Source: Candidatus Poribacteria bacterium
GTDB lineage: Bacteria; Poribacteria; WGA-4E; PCPOR2b
NCBI GenBank assembly: GCA_965218095.1
Contig: OZ244587.1
Span: 4,256,001-4,320,000, forward strand
Direction: 5' to 3'
Length of the DNA: 64,000 bases
Shown: piece by piece, positions 1-9,851 of the stretch
How positions within the stretch are numbered: the stretch's first letter is position 1
Layout: every line of letters starts with the position of its first letter
Made by a program: the position numbers and the translations under genes
Notes under the pieces: model-generated
Seen by the model: only the letters and a program-made list of their open reading frames with translations
Database searches by the model: none
Told to the model about the DNA's origin: nothing

Positions 1-16
1 GTAAGGGTAATCAAAC

Positions 17-138
17 GCCGTATAGCAGTCCTTATACGGCTACGCCTAAGCAATAACTCTTAGGCAATATCAGGGGGTGCTACACAAAGCACTCCCTGAT
101 ATTTTGTTGCTAGAGTGTCCGGCTCCCACCGGACACTC
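17..138. repeat. Array of four adjacent stem-loops (possible structured RNA or IS-end structure)
   Basis: GCCGTATA/TATACGGC (17-24/33-40); GCCTAAG/CTTAGGC (44-50/59-65); AATATCAGGGGGTGCT/AGCACTCCCTGATATT (66-81/88-103, one G-U); GAGTGTCCGG/CCGGACACTC (113-122/129-138). Confidence 0.75.
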
Positions 139-187
139 CCTTATGGGAAAACCTCTGAAAATATGACTCAGAAAGGAGGCAGATGTT

Positions 188-382
188 ATGTCATCACAAA
201 GGAAGGTGGATATTCAACGTGTTAAAGAACATCTACAAAAACATGCTGATAAAACCCACCGAATTGAAGAGAGGTTATTTACCTCTACTGCAACCGTAGA
301 AGATTTAAGAGTTGCAATTCAGTTACTTAAAAATGACTACACACTAATTACAACCATTTTCAAAAGGTTGGAAATAGTGTAA
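188..382 (+). CDS. Small hypothetical helical protein (64 aa), possible IS passenger
   Basis: AAGGAGG RBS upstream of the ATG; convergent with the transposase; no recognisable family. Confidence 0.5.
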   Translation: MSSQRKVDIQRVKEHLQKHADKTHRIEERLFTSTATVEDLRVAIQLLKNDYTLITTIFKRLEIV

Positions 383-420
383 TCTAATCCTTCTATGGAG
401 TCTCCAGAGGTTTTCCCACC

Positions 421-1302
421 CTACACAAAGCATTCCCTGATAAACTTCTTGAAGATGTTCCGGTTCTTCCGGTTGTTGTACTTGTAACACGCCTCAGCGA
501 TGTAGAGCGAAACATGCTTGTAGTGGTGATGTGTACCATGAAACGCACGTTTCACCAGCGACCAGAACCCTTCAATCGTGTTTGTGTGGGTATTACCGTC
601 CACGTACTGCCAGTTCTTGTGTCTGATGACATGGTGAGGCATGAGCCCATCAACCGCCTCATACGATGAGAACTCATCTGTCATTAGAACTGAATCCTTC
701 GGCTTCTCAATAACGCCTTTGATGAACCCCAAAACGCCCTTACGACTCAAACTCGTAGCCACACGCGCCACAACATTCCCAGCCCGTTCAACAGCACCGA
801 TAACGGGCGTTTTCTTCGTGCCTCTACCTCGCTTGCTCGGTGGAGGCAAGTTCCCGTCCTTGTCTTTTCGTCGTCGGGGCTTACCGCCCACGTAGGTTTC
901 ATCGCATTCAATAATTCCTCTCAGTAAAACCTTGCCCTTTCTACCCATCTCAGACCTGATTCGTTTCATCATGAACCAAGCTGAGGGTTGCGTTAAGTCC
1001 AAATGACGAGCCATTTGACAACTTGATAGGCTTTTCTTCGCATCGTTCATTAACAGGATAGCCATAAACCACTTCTGAAGTGGAATCTGTGTTCCTTGAA
1101 ATATCGTTCCCTGTAACACATTGAAACTTGACTTACAAGTATGGCAATTCCAACGACCAATTATGCTAGCTTCATTCTTCGGTGCAACCTTTTTACTTTC
1201 GCAATATGGACACTCAGGTTTGCCACCCCAGCGGATAGTTTCTAAGTGTTTAATACAACTCTCTTGGTCAGAAAATCGTTCTACAGCATCAAACAAGTTC
1301 AT
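421..1302 (-). CDS. IS1595-family (ISXO2-like) DDE transposase
   Basis: N-terminal Zn ribbon CPYC...CHTC; IECDETYVGGK, LMTDEFSSY, HTNTIEGFWSLVKR and final YKYNNR motifs typical of IS1595. Confidence 0.93.
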   Translation of the reverse strand: MNLFDAVERFSDQESCIKHLETIRWGGKPECPYCESKKVAPKNEASIIGRWNCHTCKSSFNVLQGTIFQGTQIPLQKWFMAILLMNDAKKSLSSCQMARHLDLTQPSAWFMMKRIRSEMGRKGKVLLRGIIECDETYVGGKPRRRKDKDGNLPPPSKRGRGTKKTPVIGAVERAGNVVARVATSLSRKGVLGFIKGVIEKPKDSVLMTDEFSSYEAVDGLMPHHVIRHKNWQYVDGNTHTNTIEGFWSLVKRAFHGTHHHYKHVSLYIAEACYKYNNRKNRNIFKKFIRECFV

Positions 1303-1673
1303 TCATCTCAACTCCTTTATTCATAAGGGTTTGATGCCTATATTGTATCAAATTTACACAAAACTTGCAAGCCTAAACCTTATAAGCGCGTTAGACAAAT
1401 GAGTCGAGGAAAAGTTTGGAGGGTGGCTAAAGTTTTTGACATGAGGAGTTCATCACCGGTTGTCTGAATCAAAATTCACCCATCAAATCAACGCAGTAAC
1501 TCCTCCGTCAAGGGGGGACAGAGAAGGGGAACAGAGCCATTCAATTCTCAAAGATTTCGGATTCCACAAAGCAACATACCGTCCACGATACCTTTGACTG
1601 TAGGGAACGATCCCTGTATCGTTCCATCTTATTTCCAAAAACTAAATGGCTCTGAGATTTTTGTTGACTTCGC

Positions 1674-2351
1674 TTGACCCGCGTTTTCAATCTACCACAA
1701 AAACGAAAATGGGGATTTGGCAAGAAGCTCCCGCTGACCAAGGCGCAACAAGTGGCTATAGCTGCAGTCGCTGCAAAAGTCTATACGGCGAAGAGGGCGC
1801 AAGCCCGCGCGGAGAAAAAGAAAAAAGACGCGCTAAATGCACTGGATCTTTGCAAAGCATTTGAATATCGCGTTTGTCATTGTCAGATTGCTCATACTCA
1901 ACTTCCCTCGGATCCCATCCCAATAGAGGCTTTAGTTGCGATTGTCGGGGTAAAAGATGGCCTCCATACTGCGAGTGTCCGGAGAGACCGCCTCGTAGTG
2001 GATCTAACAATAGCGAATCTACATCCAACTAGACACGGAAGGGGAGGGGACGGAATGTTTTTGTTTTCCGATGTGAAAATGTTTACGGCGGGGCTCATTA
2101 TATTGGTCTGTGCATATTCTATGGTCACTACGAATCGACGTTTTTATAGTGAAATAGCACAACCTTTGACGCTTCTTTGCGTGGGGATAGCACTGGGAAT
2201 ATCAATAGCGGATGCCCCCCCTTTGACGGGCATCGCCTATGTTATCGTTATAGTGGTTGTTGCTTTCATCCCTTGGACAAAGTTGATGGGCGGCGTTGCT
2301 AGTCTATTCCTTCGAGTATTCCGGCGTCAACGCCCGTCGGACACACCTTAG
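1674..2351 (+). CDS. Hypothetical membrane protein (about 3 C-terminal TM helices; basic N-terminus, start uncertain)
   Basis: 225-aa ORF with hydrophobic C-terminal segments; no family recognised. Confidence 0.4.
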   Translation: MTRVFNLPQKRKWGFGKKLPLTKAQQVAIAAVAAKVYTAKRAQARAEKKKKDALNALDLCKAFEYRVCHCQIAHTQLPSDPIPIEALVAIVGVKDGLHTASVRRDRLVVDLTIANLHPTRHGRGGDGMFLFSDVKMFTAGLIILVCAYSMVTTNRRFYSEIAQPLTLLCVGIALGISIADAPPLTGIAYVIVIVVVAFIPWTKLMGGVASLFLRVFRRQRPSDTP

Positions 2352-2525
2352 TGACACCAACAGAACGCCCTAGTTTGAAGCCAAAGATCCAGTCATAGCA
2401 ACGATCTATTCTTTGCGAGGTCGAATATGTAAATTCTACAACCCTTGTGGAAACTACATCCTTACCAACTAGCACCAAAGGTTACTATAAACAGCATGCC
2501 AGGTTCCCCAATTGGCTGACGCTTT

Positions 2526-3653
2526 TCACCCTTCCCAACTGGCAACGAAGTCGTCAACGCCAAAATCTTGAGGCATGTCGTAAAAGAAGTACTTCATCGG
2601 ACCGCTCTGAAACAGCGGTTCGTACTGCTCTGTATCCGATTGCAGTTTCCTATCAAGGACAGCGAATCAATGCCAGAGTTGTTCCAATTCGTCGGGGGTA
2701 AAGCGGTCTGCTATGCGTTGAATGCACGGGCCGTTGGCATAATCATCCGCGTCGGAATCTTTGTATTTGCGAATCAAGTCGGCGATCTTTGACAGGACAA
2801 CCAGCGTCGTCATCCGCGCCTGTTTACTGCGGTGAATTCAACTCAATCCCTCCGCAAAGGCGTGTTCATTCTTTTCAAGGATGGCGCAGAGTGTGAATGC
2901 AACGTCGTCATGCCGTTTGACGTGAAGACCTTCAAAGTGGCGGTATTTCTCAGCGGCCCACGGCGAAAGATGTTCGACGAATTCAACACCCATTGTGGCT
3001 GGCAGAAAGAAGTGCATGAACCCTTCGCCACCAAAGCCTTGGTATCCAAAGTGAAGCGTTCGCCGCTTGCTATCACCGTTAGGCGTAGCGCTATGAAGAA
3101 TGGAGTTGATGTAGACGATGCCATCGCCGGCTTTGAGGTCAACGGGAGTCGCGCCCGGCAGGGAAACGACATCCAAGCGACGCTCAACTTTGCTTTCCGC
3201 CGCGTTATTGCGCCGAAGGTGGCTACCGGGAATTACGTATAAGTAGCTATCGTCATAGAGTGCGAGATTCCACTGGACATACGGCGGGCCGTTGAGCCGG
3301 ATATCTTCCTGCAATCCGTCGAGCGGGGCCATATCAATCGGATGGATGTCCCGGTGCCAGCCCGTCCCTGAATGGCATAACACCCACATCCCCAATGGCG
3401 CGGCGTCGGGCGCGTTCATCAGTTTGTAGCTGAAGTCGAAGACGCGGTCGTCGAAATAAAATTCCACGGTGTTGGCGGTTTGTCGATCAACCCAATCGGT
3501 CACGGTCACCCGGCTCGAAGGCGGCGCTTTTTCGACAATGATGTCAACACTTTCACGCAGTTGTTCTAATTCGTCGGACGGAATCATGTTGCGCACAATA
3601 ACGTATCCATTCCGCATGAGTTGTCGCTTCTGTTGATCCAGGTTCAGTTCCAT
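2526..3653 (-). pseudogene. Phytanoyl-CoA dioxygenase (PhyH) family protein with two in-frame TGA stops
   Basis: GWHRD (HxD) and ILHSATPN motifs; the frame continues past TGA at 2838-2840 and 2667-2669 with protein-like sequence to ...DFGVDDFVASWEG* at 2526. Confidence 0.8.
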
Positions 3654-3695
3654 CGGTTTACTCCTTATATTTCGAGCGCTACTTCCCCAGTTCTA

Positions 3696-4463
3696 CTAAC
3701 CGCGCATCCTGGGAACCCTTCGCAGCAGATGCTGTTCCTGCGGCGACAGCGTCTGGTAGAACGACTCAGTCAGCATCGGCGTGTTTTCGTTGGCCTCCAG
3801 TCGCCCGTGGCTTTCGAGGTGGCACCAGTGGCGATTGTGAACGATGACTGCAAAGGAACGAGGCGTGTCGGTGCGGTTGGGTGTACCGCGGTAAAGGGCG
3901 CGCGGATTAGTGATCAGCACGTCGCCGGCCTTGAGCAGCACCGACTTGAGCGGAATCTCACCCGAATTGGCCTTCTCCAGCATCTCCGCCCGGAGCAGAT
4001 GCTGGGTACGTTCGGCCACTTCAAAGGGACCGTTCTCTAGCGTTACATCGACGAACGTAAACCGCACAGACAGCAGCGGAGATGGGTGCCGATGATCCGG
4101 TTCTTCGGTGAATAGAAAGGGCAGATCCGCGCGAACCTTTTGGTATTCCGAACCCTTTATCGGTGTGTCCGTGCCATAGTAGGAAATGTGTATGTTCTCG
4201 CCCAGGATACGGTTGACGATCTGGAGCACTGTGTCATCGTTGAAGAAAGCGGAATGATAGAACGGCGGCGCGAAGGGCAGACCAATTGCCCACCGCCTCG
4301 GGCCACGGTTGCCGTCAGGGATGCGGTTTGCCACATCCGCCAGTAGCGGCAGAAATGCCTGACAGCATTCCTCTAGTGCCGGCCGGGGAAAATGATCCGG
4401 CAGGATGCAGTGCCCGATGTCCAAGATTTCCGCCACACACTTGTCAATATCGATTGTCATCAC
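3696..4463 (-). CDS. PhyH-family Fe(II)/2OG dioxygenase homologue lacking both iron-binding His
   Basis: Family features (GHCILPDHFP, DVTLENGPFEV, KAGDVLI, RGTPNRTDTPR) but QKVRAD instead of HxD and LYRG instead of LHRG. Confidence 0.8.
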   Translation of the reverse strand: MMTIDIDKCVAEILDIGHCILPDHFPRPALEECCQAFLPLLADVANRIPDGNRGPRRWAIGLPFAPPFYHSAFFNDDTVLQIVNRILGENIHISYYGTDTPIKGSEYQKVRADLPFLFTEEPDHRHPSPLLSVRFTFVDVTLENGPFEVAERTQHLLRAEMLEKANSGEIPLKSVLLKAGDVLITNPRALYRGTPNRTDTPRSFAVIVHNRHWCHLESHGRLEANENTPMLTESFYQTLSPQEQHLLRRVPRMRG

Positions 4464-4633
4464 GATCCTCCATACCTAACGAGATATCGGTTTCATCAGA
4501 ACGGGCAATATTATAGCACGATTCCATCGTGAGATCTAGGACGAAACCGCATTCGGCGTGCATCATCCATACTCCTCGATATAAGAAACGATAGGGATAA
4601 GCGACCGTCTGGCGCCGATGTGCATCTATGCGT

Positions 4634-5860
4634 TCAACGCAGTTGTTCGTCGGAACCATCCCCTTCTTTCAAAAACATCGCCAAAGGCAACCCGAATAGC
4701 ATAACCGCGCCTGTCACATAGAAAATGGCATTGAGACCATAAGCATCTCCGACAAACCCGAGGAGGTATGGCGCAACGGCAGAAGAAATGAAATTCAGGG
4801 TGTAGTGTAACGCATAGCCCCGGCTGCGATGCTTCGATTCGAGCGTAGGCGCCAACCCAACATATATGACAGAGGACGTCCCATTTAACATAAATCCAAA
4901 TACCGGCAAAAAGAGAACGATAACCCATCCCGGGGGGACCGAGGGGAGCGCGAAACACCCAAGTATCATTAGCAACTCTGTCAGTAAAATAACCTTCTTG
5001 ACGTCAAACTTCTTAATCAGTATACCGCACAGCAGCTTTCCCAAAGCCCCACCGAAAAAAGTCAAAGCCATCAACCCACCTACAGCACCCACTTTAACGC
5101 CTATTTTAATCAGCAAAAATCCCAAAAACGCCGTCACGGCCGCTCGAATACCATTATCCAAAAATCCGAGGGTGGAATAGAGCATGAACTGACTCGGTTT
5201 TGCGATGCCCCAGCCCCAGAGAGTTTTTCGATGTGTCCCATCGAGGTTATGTTCTTCCTCCTTTGGTCGGCCTTGTTGTCTTTTCAAGCCGATATCTGTT
5301 TGAAAGAACAAGAGATACAAAAAAGACACTGCAAGCCCGATGGCTCCCAACACCGCGCAGCTTCCTTGCCACCCAATTCTGACGACCAGGAGGCCTGCTA
5401 GAGCGGGAAAGAATACCTTTCCGACATCTCCAAAGAAGTTCAATGTGCTGATCGCCGGACCGGACTTTTCCGGCGGATAGAGGTTTGAGACGAGGGCAGT
5501 TCCCACAGGGTGATACACCCCGCCGCCTATCCCAGACGAAAAGATCAATATCAGCGTTAACGGGTAGCTGAACACCAAAATCAGGGCAATGTAACTCAGG
5601 CTGAACCATGCAGCGCCTACGCCCAGCATCAATATGTCTCCGAAACGCTCAGACAGGAACCCTGCGGGTATCTGGGCTGCGCTTATCGCACCGTGGCTGG
5701 CAGTTTTCAGGAGGCCGGACTGGGTGTAGGTGAGATTCAGATCAACTGCTATGAAAGGAAGTAAGAGGGATAAACTTGCAATGTAGCCATCGTTAATGAT
5801 ATGAAGGATGCTGCACCATCCGAGATGTTTTTTCGGATTATCTTGAATCTGTCTTGGCAT
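4634..5860 (-). CDS. MFS transporter (FsR-like)
   Basis: About 12 TM helices; motif A GFLSERFG; GGGVYHPVG. Confidence 0.88.
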   Translation of the reverse strand: MPRQIQDNPKKHLGWCSILHIINDGYIASLSLLLPFIAVDLNLTYTQSGLLKTASHGAISAAQIPAGFLSERFGDILMLGVGAAWFSLSYIALILVFSYPLTLILIFSSGIGGGVYHPVGTALVSNLYPPEKSGPAISTLNFFGDVGKVFFPALAGLLVVRIGWQGSCAVLGAIGLAVSFLYLLFFQTDIGLKRQQGRPKEEEHNLDGTHRKTLWGWGIAKPSQFMLYSTLGFLDNGIRAAVTAFLGFLLIKIGVKVGAVGGLMALTFFGGALGKLLCGILIKKFDVKKVILLTELLMILGCFALPSVPPGWVIVLFLPVFGFMLNGTSSVIYVGLAPTLESKHRSRGYALHYTLNFISSAVAPYLLGFVGDAYGLNAIFYVTGAVMLFGLPLAMFLKEGDGSDEQLR

Positions 5861-6173
5861 GAATATGATACCACTGATGGAGATGAGGTGACCAAAGTCC
5901 CTGACGAATTATGACTACTCCTCAACCATTCGGCGCCTTATACCGGATTTTCCAAAGCTATCGACGGATTTCAAGATCTCTGTCAACCCGGCTTCAACTT
6001 TCCGATTGCGTTTTTTCCGTTGTTAGGGTATTCTTTCTTTTCCATTGATGGACTGCTAAGGTGAAATATATGACCAACGCAGCCGCAGGATACATATTCA
6101 AATTTTGCAGCGTATTTGGAAAAGCGGTCGGTGCTACCGCTCGTCCAATACTTTTCACGAAGGAGATGTTGGA

Positions 6174-6968
6174 ATGGGTATCAATTTGGAACCTCAACGC
6201 CACCTCAATTTGGAAGGCGCATACAATATCCGCGACATAGGCGGTTATCCGACCTCGGATGGAAGATGTACCCGGTGGAAGACCTTGTTGCGTACGGATA
6301 GCCTCCACAAGCTGCCCCCGGAATCTCAGGCTTTTCTCATTGAGTACGGAGTATGTACGGTCATTGATCTCAGACGGACCATTGAAGTACGAGAGAGGCC
6401 GAACGTCTTTGCGAGCTCATTATACGTTCGGTACTACCACCAAAATATGCTGGGCGACGTAGATCTCGCCGAGCTGGCAGACGCGTCAGCAGAAGTGAGG
6501 GCTGCATTGAACCACCTAGAGTCAGCGGAAGGCTCTCAGAAAATAACGCTGAACTATTGCACATGGCTGGACTTGAGGCGCGAGCAAATCGGCGAAACGT
6601 TGGCGACACTCGCGGTGCCTGGAACTCTACCCGCGCTGTACCACTGCGCCGGCGGGAAAGACCGCACGGGTCTGATAAGCGCGCTAGTCTTGGGCCTGGC
6701 CGGCGTGCCAGCAGAGACAATCGCTGAAGACTATGCACTAACGGCGCGTTACCTTTTGGCACGTAATCTCAACGAGACGGCGTCGGCCGGAGTCGTCCCC
6801 TCTGATATCACCTGGCAGGACTATGCACAGCAGATCTGTCCACCCGATGCTATGGTTGGAGTGCTAAAGCACCTTGAGGAGTGTTACGGCGGAACTGAGG
6901 GGTATGTTCTCTCTGCTGGCCTGACCCCGGAGCAAATAGATAGCCTCCGTCATGCTGTCGTTGAATGA
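6174..6968 (+). CDS. Tyrosine-protein phosphatase (Y_phosphatase3/IphP-like)
   Basis: NIRDIGGY, VIDLR, catalytic HCAGGKDRTG, EDYALT; AGGAG RBS at 6161. Confidence 0.92.
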   Translation: MGINLEPQRHLNLEGAYNIRDIGGYPTSDGRCTRWKTLLRTDSLHKLPPESQAFLIEYGVCTVIDLRRTIEVRERPNVFASSLYVRYYHQNMLGDVDLAELADASAEVRAALNHLESAEGSQKITLNYCTWLDLRREQIGETLATLAVPGTLPALYHCAGGKDRTGLISALVLGLAGVPAETIAEDYALTARYLLARNLNETASAGVVPSDITWQDYAQQICPPDAMVGVLKHLEECYGGTEGYVLSAGLTPEQIDSLRHAVVE

Positions 6969-7015
6969 CCCCAATCCCTCGCCTCATGGCTTTTGGTAGA
7001 ATTTTCTGACCGTTA

Positions 7016-8308
7016 TCAAGCAGCGGCACGAATATTCGCGCGTGTCCCTTCAACATCAAAACAGGCGTACTGATTGTCCCGCATGATGCGTGTGGCGATT
7101 TGCATTGCCTGCTTCTCGGTCATATAGCCGTCCGCAATCTCCCCTTCAAGGGCCCGCCGAATCTCGTTCCGTGCTTGGATCGCATACGCCATCGCACTTG
7201 TCGGCCAATGCGTGTCCCCGCCAAACGCAAACAGTTTATTCGATGGAACGGCGTGCAGAAACCGACGCAAAAAGTCGCGCGAACTGTACGGATCGATGCT
7301 CCATGCCCAACAGAGATCGACCCAGATGTTGCGATAGTGTTTCGCAAGGGCGACGAGCTCATCGGTGTAGGGATAGGAGATGTGCATCAGAACAAACTTG
7401 GCGTCGAGATACCGGGCAAAGAGCACGCACATATTTGCGGCGGGAATCCGACTCACGAGCATGCGATTGTTTCCTGCATAGTAGCCCGTATGGATCTTAA
7501 ACGGAAGGTTATGCTCGATTGACAACTCAATCCCCCGCGCCCAGCACCAATCGCCCAGGCAGAGGCGGGTATCGACCGTGATTTTCTCCGCAGGCTGATT
7601 CAGCACCTCTCGGAGGGCTGCCGACGCTTCAACATCGTTCCGGTCGATCCAATTGAGGGTACGGCTGTAGGCATGTTGCGCCTTCACCGCAATGGCAGTG
7701 GGGGCGTGCTTTGCAAAGATTGCCTCCATCCCCTGTTTCAGCGTCCTGAGATCTACCACGTCAATCCCCGTCTCTGCGTGGATCTGTTCCAGTTCAGGCT
7801 CCCCATTGCAGAAACTCCGCCATGACAGATCATAGAGGAAGAAGTCCAGTCCAGAGTGGTCTGGAGCACATACCCAAACCTTATCATCGGTCTGGATATG
7901 ATCGAGGTTTGCTACATCATGCAACAACCGGAAGCGTTCACCGGGGCGTCGCAGCACCTTAATTTTCTCTTGCGCCGATGCAAGGTTTTCCCCAGTAAGC
8001 TCGTCGATTCCGTAGGCGTGTTCTGCGATGAGTCGCACCGCTTCACCATATCCTGTGAATTGTGTCGCTTCCCATGCTTCTCGGATGCCTTCAAAACGCC
8101 CGGCAATGCCCGGGTCTGGAGCATCCATCAAACGTTTCATCCCCTCTGGCGATGCGCCTGCTGTGTTTAAGTCTGCGGGGACGTAATTCCCAAACAGGTC
8201 TTGTAAAATGTCGGGACCATTCTCCAGCCACTCATGTTCTCGCCCTAAATGTTCATGTGTGTCAACTAAAGCAGTCCTCTGAATGTGATGTGCCAAATCG
8301 GTCGACAT
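7016..8308 (-). CDS. Amidohydrolase family protein (uronate isomerase-like fold)
   Basis: VDTHEH metal motif, KIHTG, VLMH, FGGD. Confidence 0.85.
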   Translation of the reverse strand: MSTDLAHHIQRTALVDTHEHLGREHEWLENGPDILQDLFGNYVPADLNTAGASPEGMKRLMDAPDPGIAGRFEGIREAWEATQFTGYGEAVRLIAEHAYGIDELTGENLASAQEKIKVLRRPGERFRLLHDVANLDHIQTDDKVWVCAPDHSGLDFFLYDLSWRSFCNGEPELEQIHAETGIDVVDLRTLKQGMEAIFAKHAPTAIAVKAQHAYSRTLNWIDRNDVEASAALREVLNQPAEKITVDTRLCLGDWCWARGIELSIEHNLPFKIHTGYYAGNNRMLVSRIPAANMCVLFARYLDAKFVLMHISYPYTDELVALAKHYRNIWVDLCWAWSIDPYSSRDFLRRFLHAVPSNKLFAFGGDTHWPTSAMAYAIQARNEIRRALEGEIADGYMTEKQAMQIATRIMRDNQYACFDVEGTRANIRAAA

Positions 8309-8517
8309 ATTCTTACCCCTTTCTTGCTTTTGATATGTCAGTGAAGTTCGATTATAGTCATTGGCAGAAGTTCTTGGGCAGTCGAGATTCCGATCGCGAC
8401 AGATTCGATCGTCGATTTTGGAAAATCGACCTACAGTTTACATATTTTAATACACTCGATTTAACCGCGATCTTCGACGGGGTTTGAAACCTTTTTAACC
8501 GTGGAATGGACTTTCTG

Positions 8518-9606
8518 TTAAGCCACGCGATAGGGCACCAGAGACTCATAGTTGGGATCAATGCCAATCCCCGGCACATTCGGCGGGCTCACAGTACCAT
8601 CATCGTTGAGGCGCAGGGTGTGATGATAGATCTTCCCCCACATCGGGTCGACGGTGTCGCGGTAAAACTCCAGAATCAGCCCGTTTGCAATTGCCGCCAC
8701 CAGATGGACATGGATCTCCTGGGGACCATGCGGCGCGATGTCCAGATCATAAGCTTGGGCAAGAGCTGCTACCTTCATGAACTCCGTTACACCCCCAAGG
8801 ATGATGGCATCGGCGTTGAGGATGGCGACGCCTTGTTGGGCAATCAAGTCGCGGAAGCCGTAGCGGGTGTATTCATTTTCACCGGTCGCAATGGGAATTG
8901 TTGTGGCTGCGGCGAGCTTGCGGTGGCCCTCATAGTCGTCAGGGGCGATTGGCTCCTCGAACCAGAAGGGGTCGTATTCCTCAATCCGCTTTGCCAACTG
9001 GATGGCCTCGTAGTAACGGTAGGCGCAGTTGGCGTCGGCCATCAGCTTGACATCTGGTCCGATGGCTTCGCGGACGGTTTTCACCCGCTCAACATCTTCA
9101 CGGATGGAGACCGCTCCAACTTTCATCTTAATGGCCTTTGCCCCCATCTCGACATTCTCTATCATTTCCTGCGCCAGTTCGTTCAAGCCCTTCCCCTCTT
9201 CATAGTACCCACCGGCGATATAGGTCGGTACCCGGTCTCGATAGCCGCCAAGCAACTTGTAGAGCGGCATACCCGCGACCTTTGCCCGAAAGTCCCACAA
9301 GCCGATGTCGATGGCGCTGATAGCACGGGTCGTGATGCCGCGCCGACCAATCAGCTTGGGCACCCACATCTTATGCCACAGACGTTCGACGTCCAGTGGG
9401 TCCTCGCCAATGAGTTCCGGTTTGAGATGCGCAACCGTTGCTGTGGCAATGGGGCTCATGTCACCCAGCCCGATGCCGGTGATTTCCGTGTCAGTCTCGA
9501 TTTTGACCAACCCTAAGCTCGCATGGGTATAGGTATGCTTGCCATTGGTAATGGGTTTTTGGCGTGGCCAGCGATAACTTTCTGTGTTGATATCAACGAT
9601 TTTCAT
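8518..9606 (-). CDS. Mandelate racemase/muconate lactonizing enzyme family (acid-sugar dehydratase-like)
   Basis: SAIDIGLWD, KMK, DAN, WFEEP, TGEN, APH motifs of the enolase superfamily. Confidence 0.92.
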   Translation of the reverse strand: MKIVDINTESYRWPRQKPITNGKHTYTHASLGLVKIETDTEITGIGLGDMSPIATATVAHLKPELIGEDPLDVERLWHKMWVPKLIGRRGITTRAISAIDIGLWDFRAKVAGMPLYKLLGGYRDRVPTYIAGGYYEEGKGLNELAQEMIENVEMGAKAIKMKVGAVSIREDVERVKTVREAIGPDVKLMADANCAYRYYEAIQLAKRIEEYDPFWFEEPIAPDDYEGHRKLAAATTIPIATGENEYTRYGFRDLIAQQGVAILNADAIILGGVTEFMKVAALAQAYDLDIAPHGPQEIHVHLVAAIANGLILEFYRDTVDPMWGKIYHHTLRLNDDGTVSPPNVPGIGIDPNYESLVPYRVA

Positions 9607-9694
9607 GAATTACCCCACTCTGATGCTATTAAAGGTCTATAAAACAGACTCTATCCTATCCAAAATGAGCGCCGCTGTCAACTGTTTTTTCAAC

Positions 9695-9769
9695 ACCCCC
9701 TCTAACTCCCCCTTCTCAAAGGGGAGAACCGCTCTCTCTCCTCCTTGCGAAGGAGGGGTTGGGGGAGGT
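9695..9769. repeat. REP-like double-hairpin extragenic element (CCCCCTT...AAGGGG type)
   Basis: TCCCCCTTCTCAAAGGGGAG and CTCCTTGCGAAGGAG hairpins flanked by C-rich and G-rich arms; a degenerate relative at about 1498-1530. Confidence 0.6.
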
Positions 9770-9851
9770 CGGCATAGGCAATTTAAATCCTAAACCAGTG
9801 TAAGATTCTTGATGTACTTGTTGAATACCAATGCGCAGGTCAAAACGCAAA

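Larger units (their letters stand above)
1..1390 (-). mobile_element. IS1595-family element; one end probably near 1390 (CGCGCTTATAAGG on minus strand), other end probably outside the window
   Basis: Intact transposase; boundaries inferred only, the partner IR is not visible. Confidence 0.45.

Noticed and set aside
8411-8430. Palindrome GTCGATTTT-GG-AAAATCGAC as a regulator site or terminator
   Set aside because: Single occurrence, no U-tract, no cognate regulator nearby; function cannot be supported
8506-9516. 336-aa plus-strand ORF
   Set aside because: Antisense shadow of the enolase-superfamily gene with no recognisable motifs
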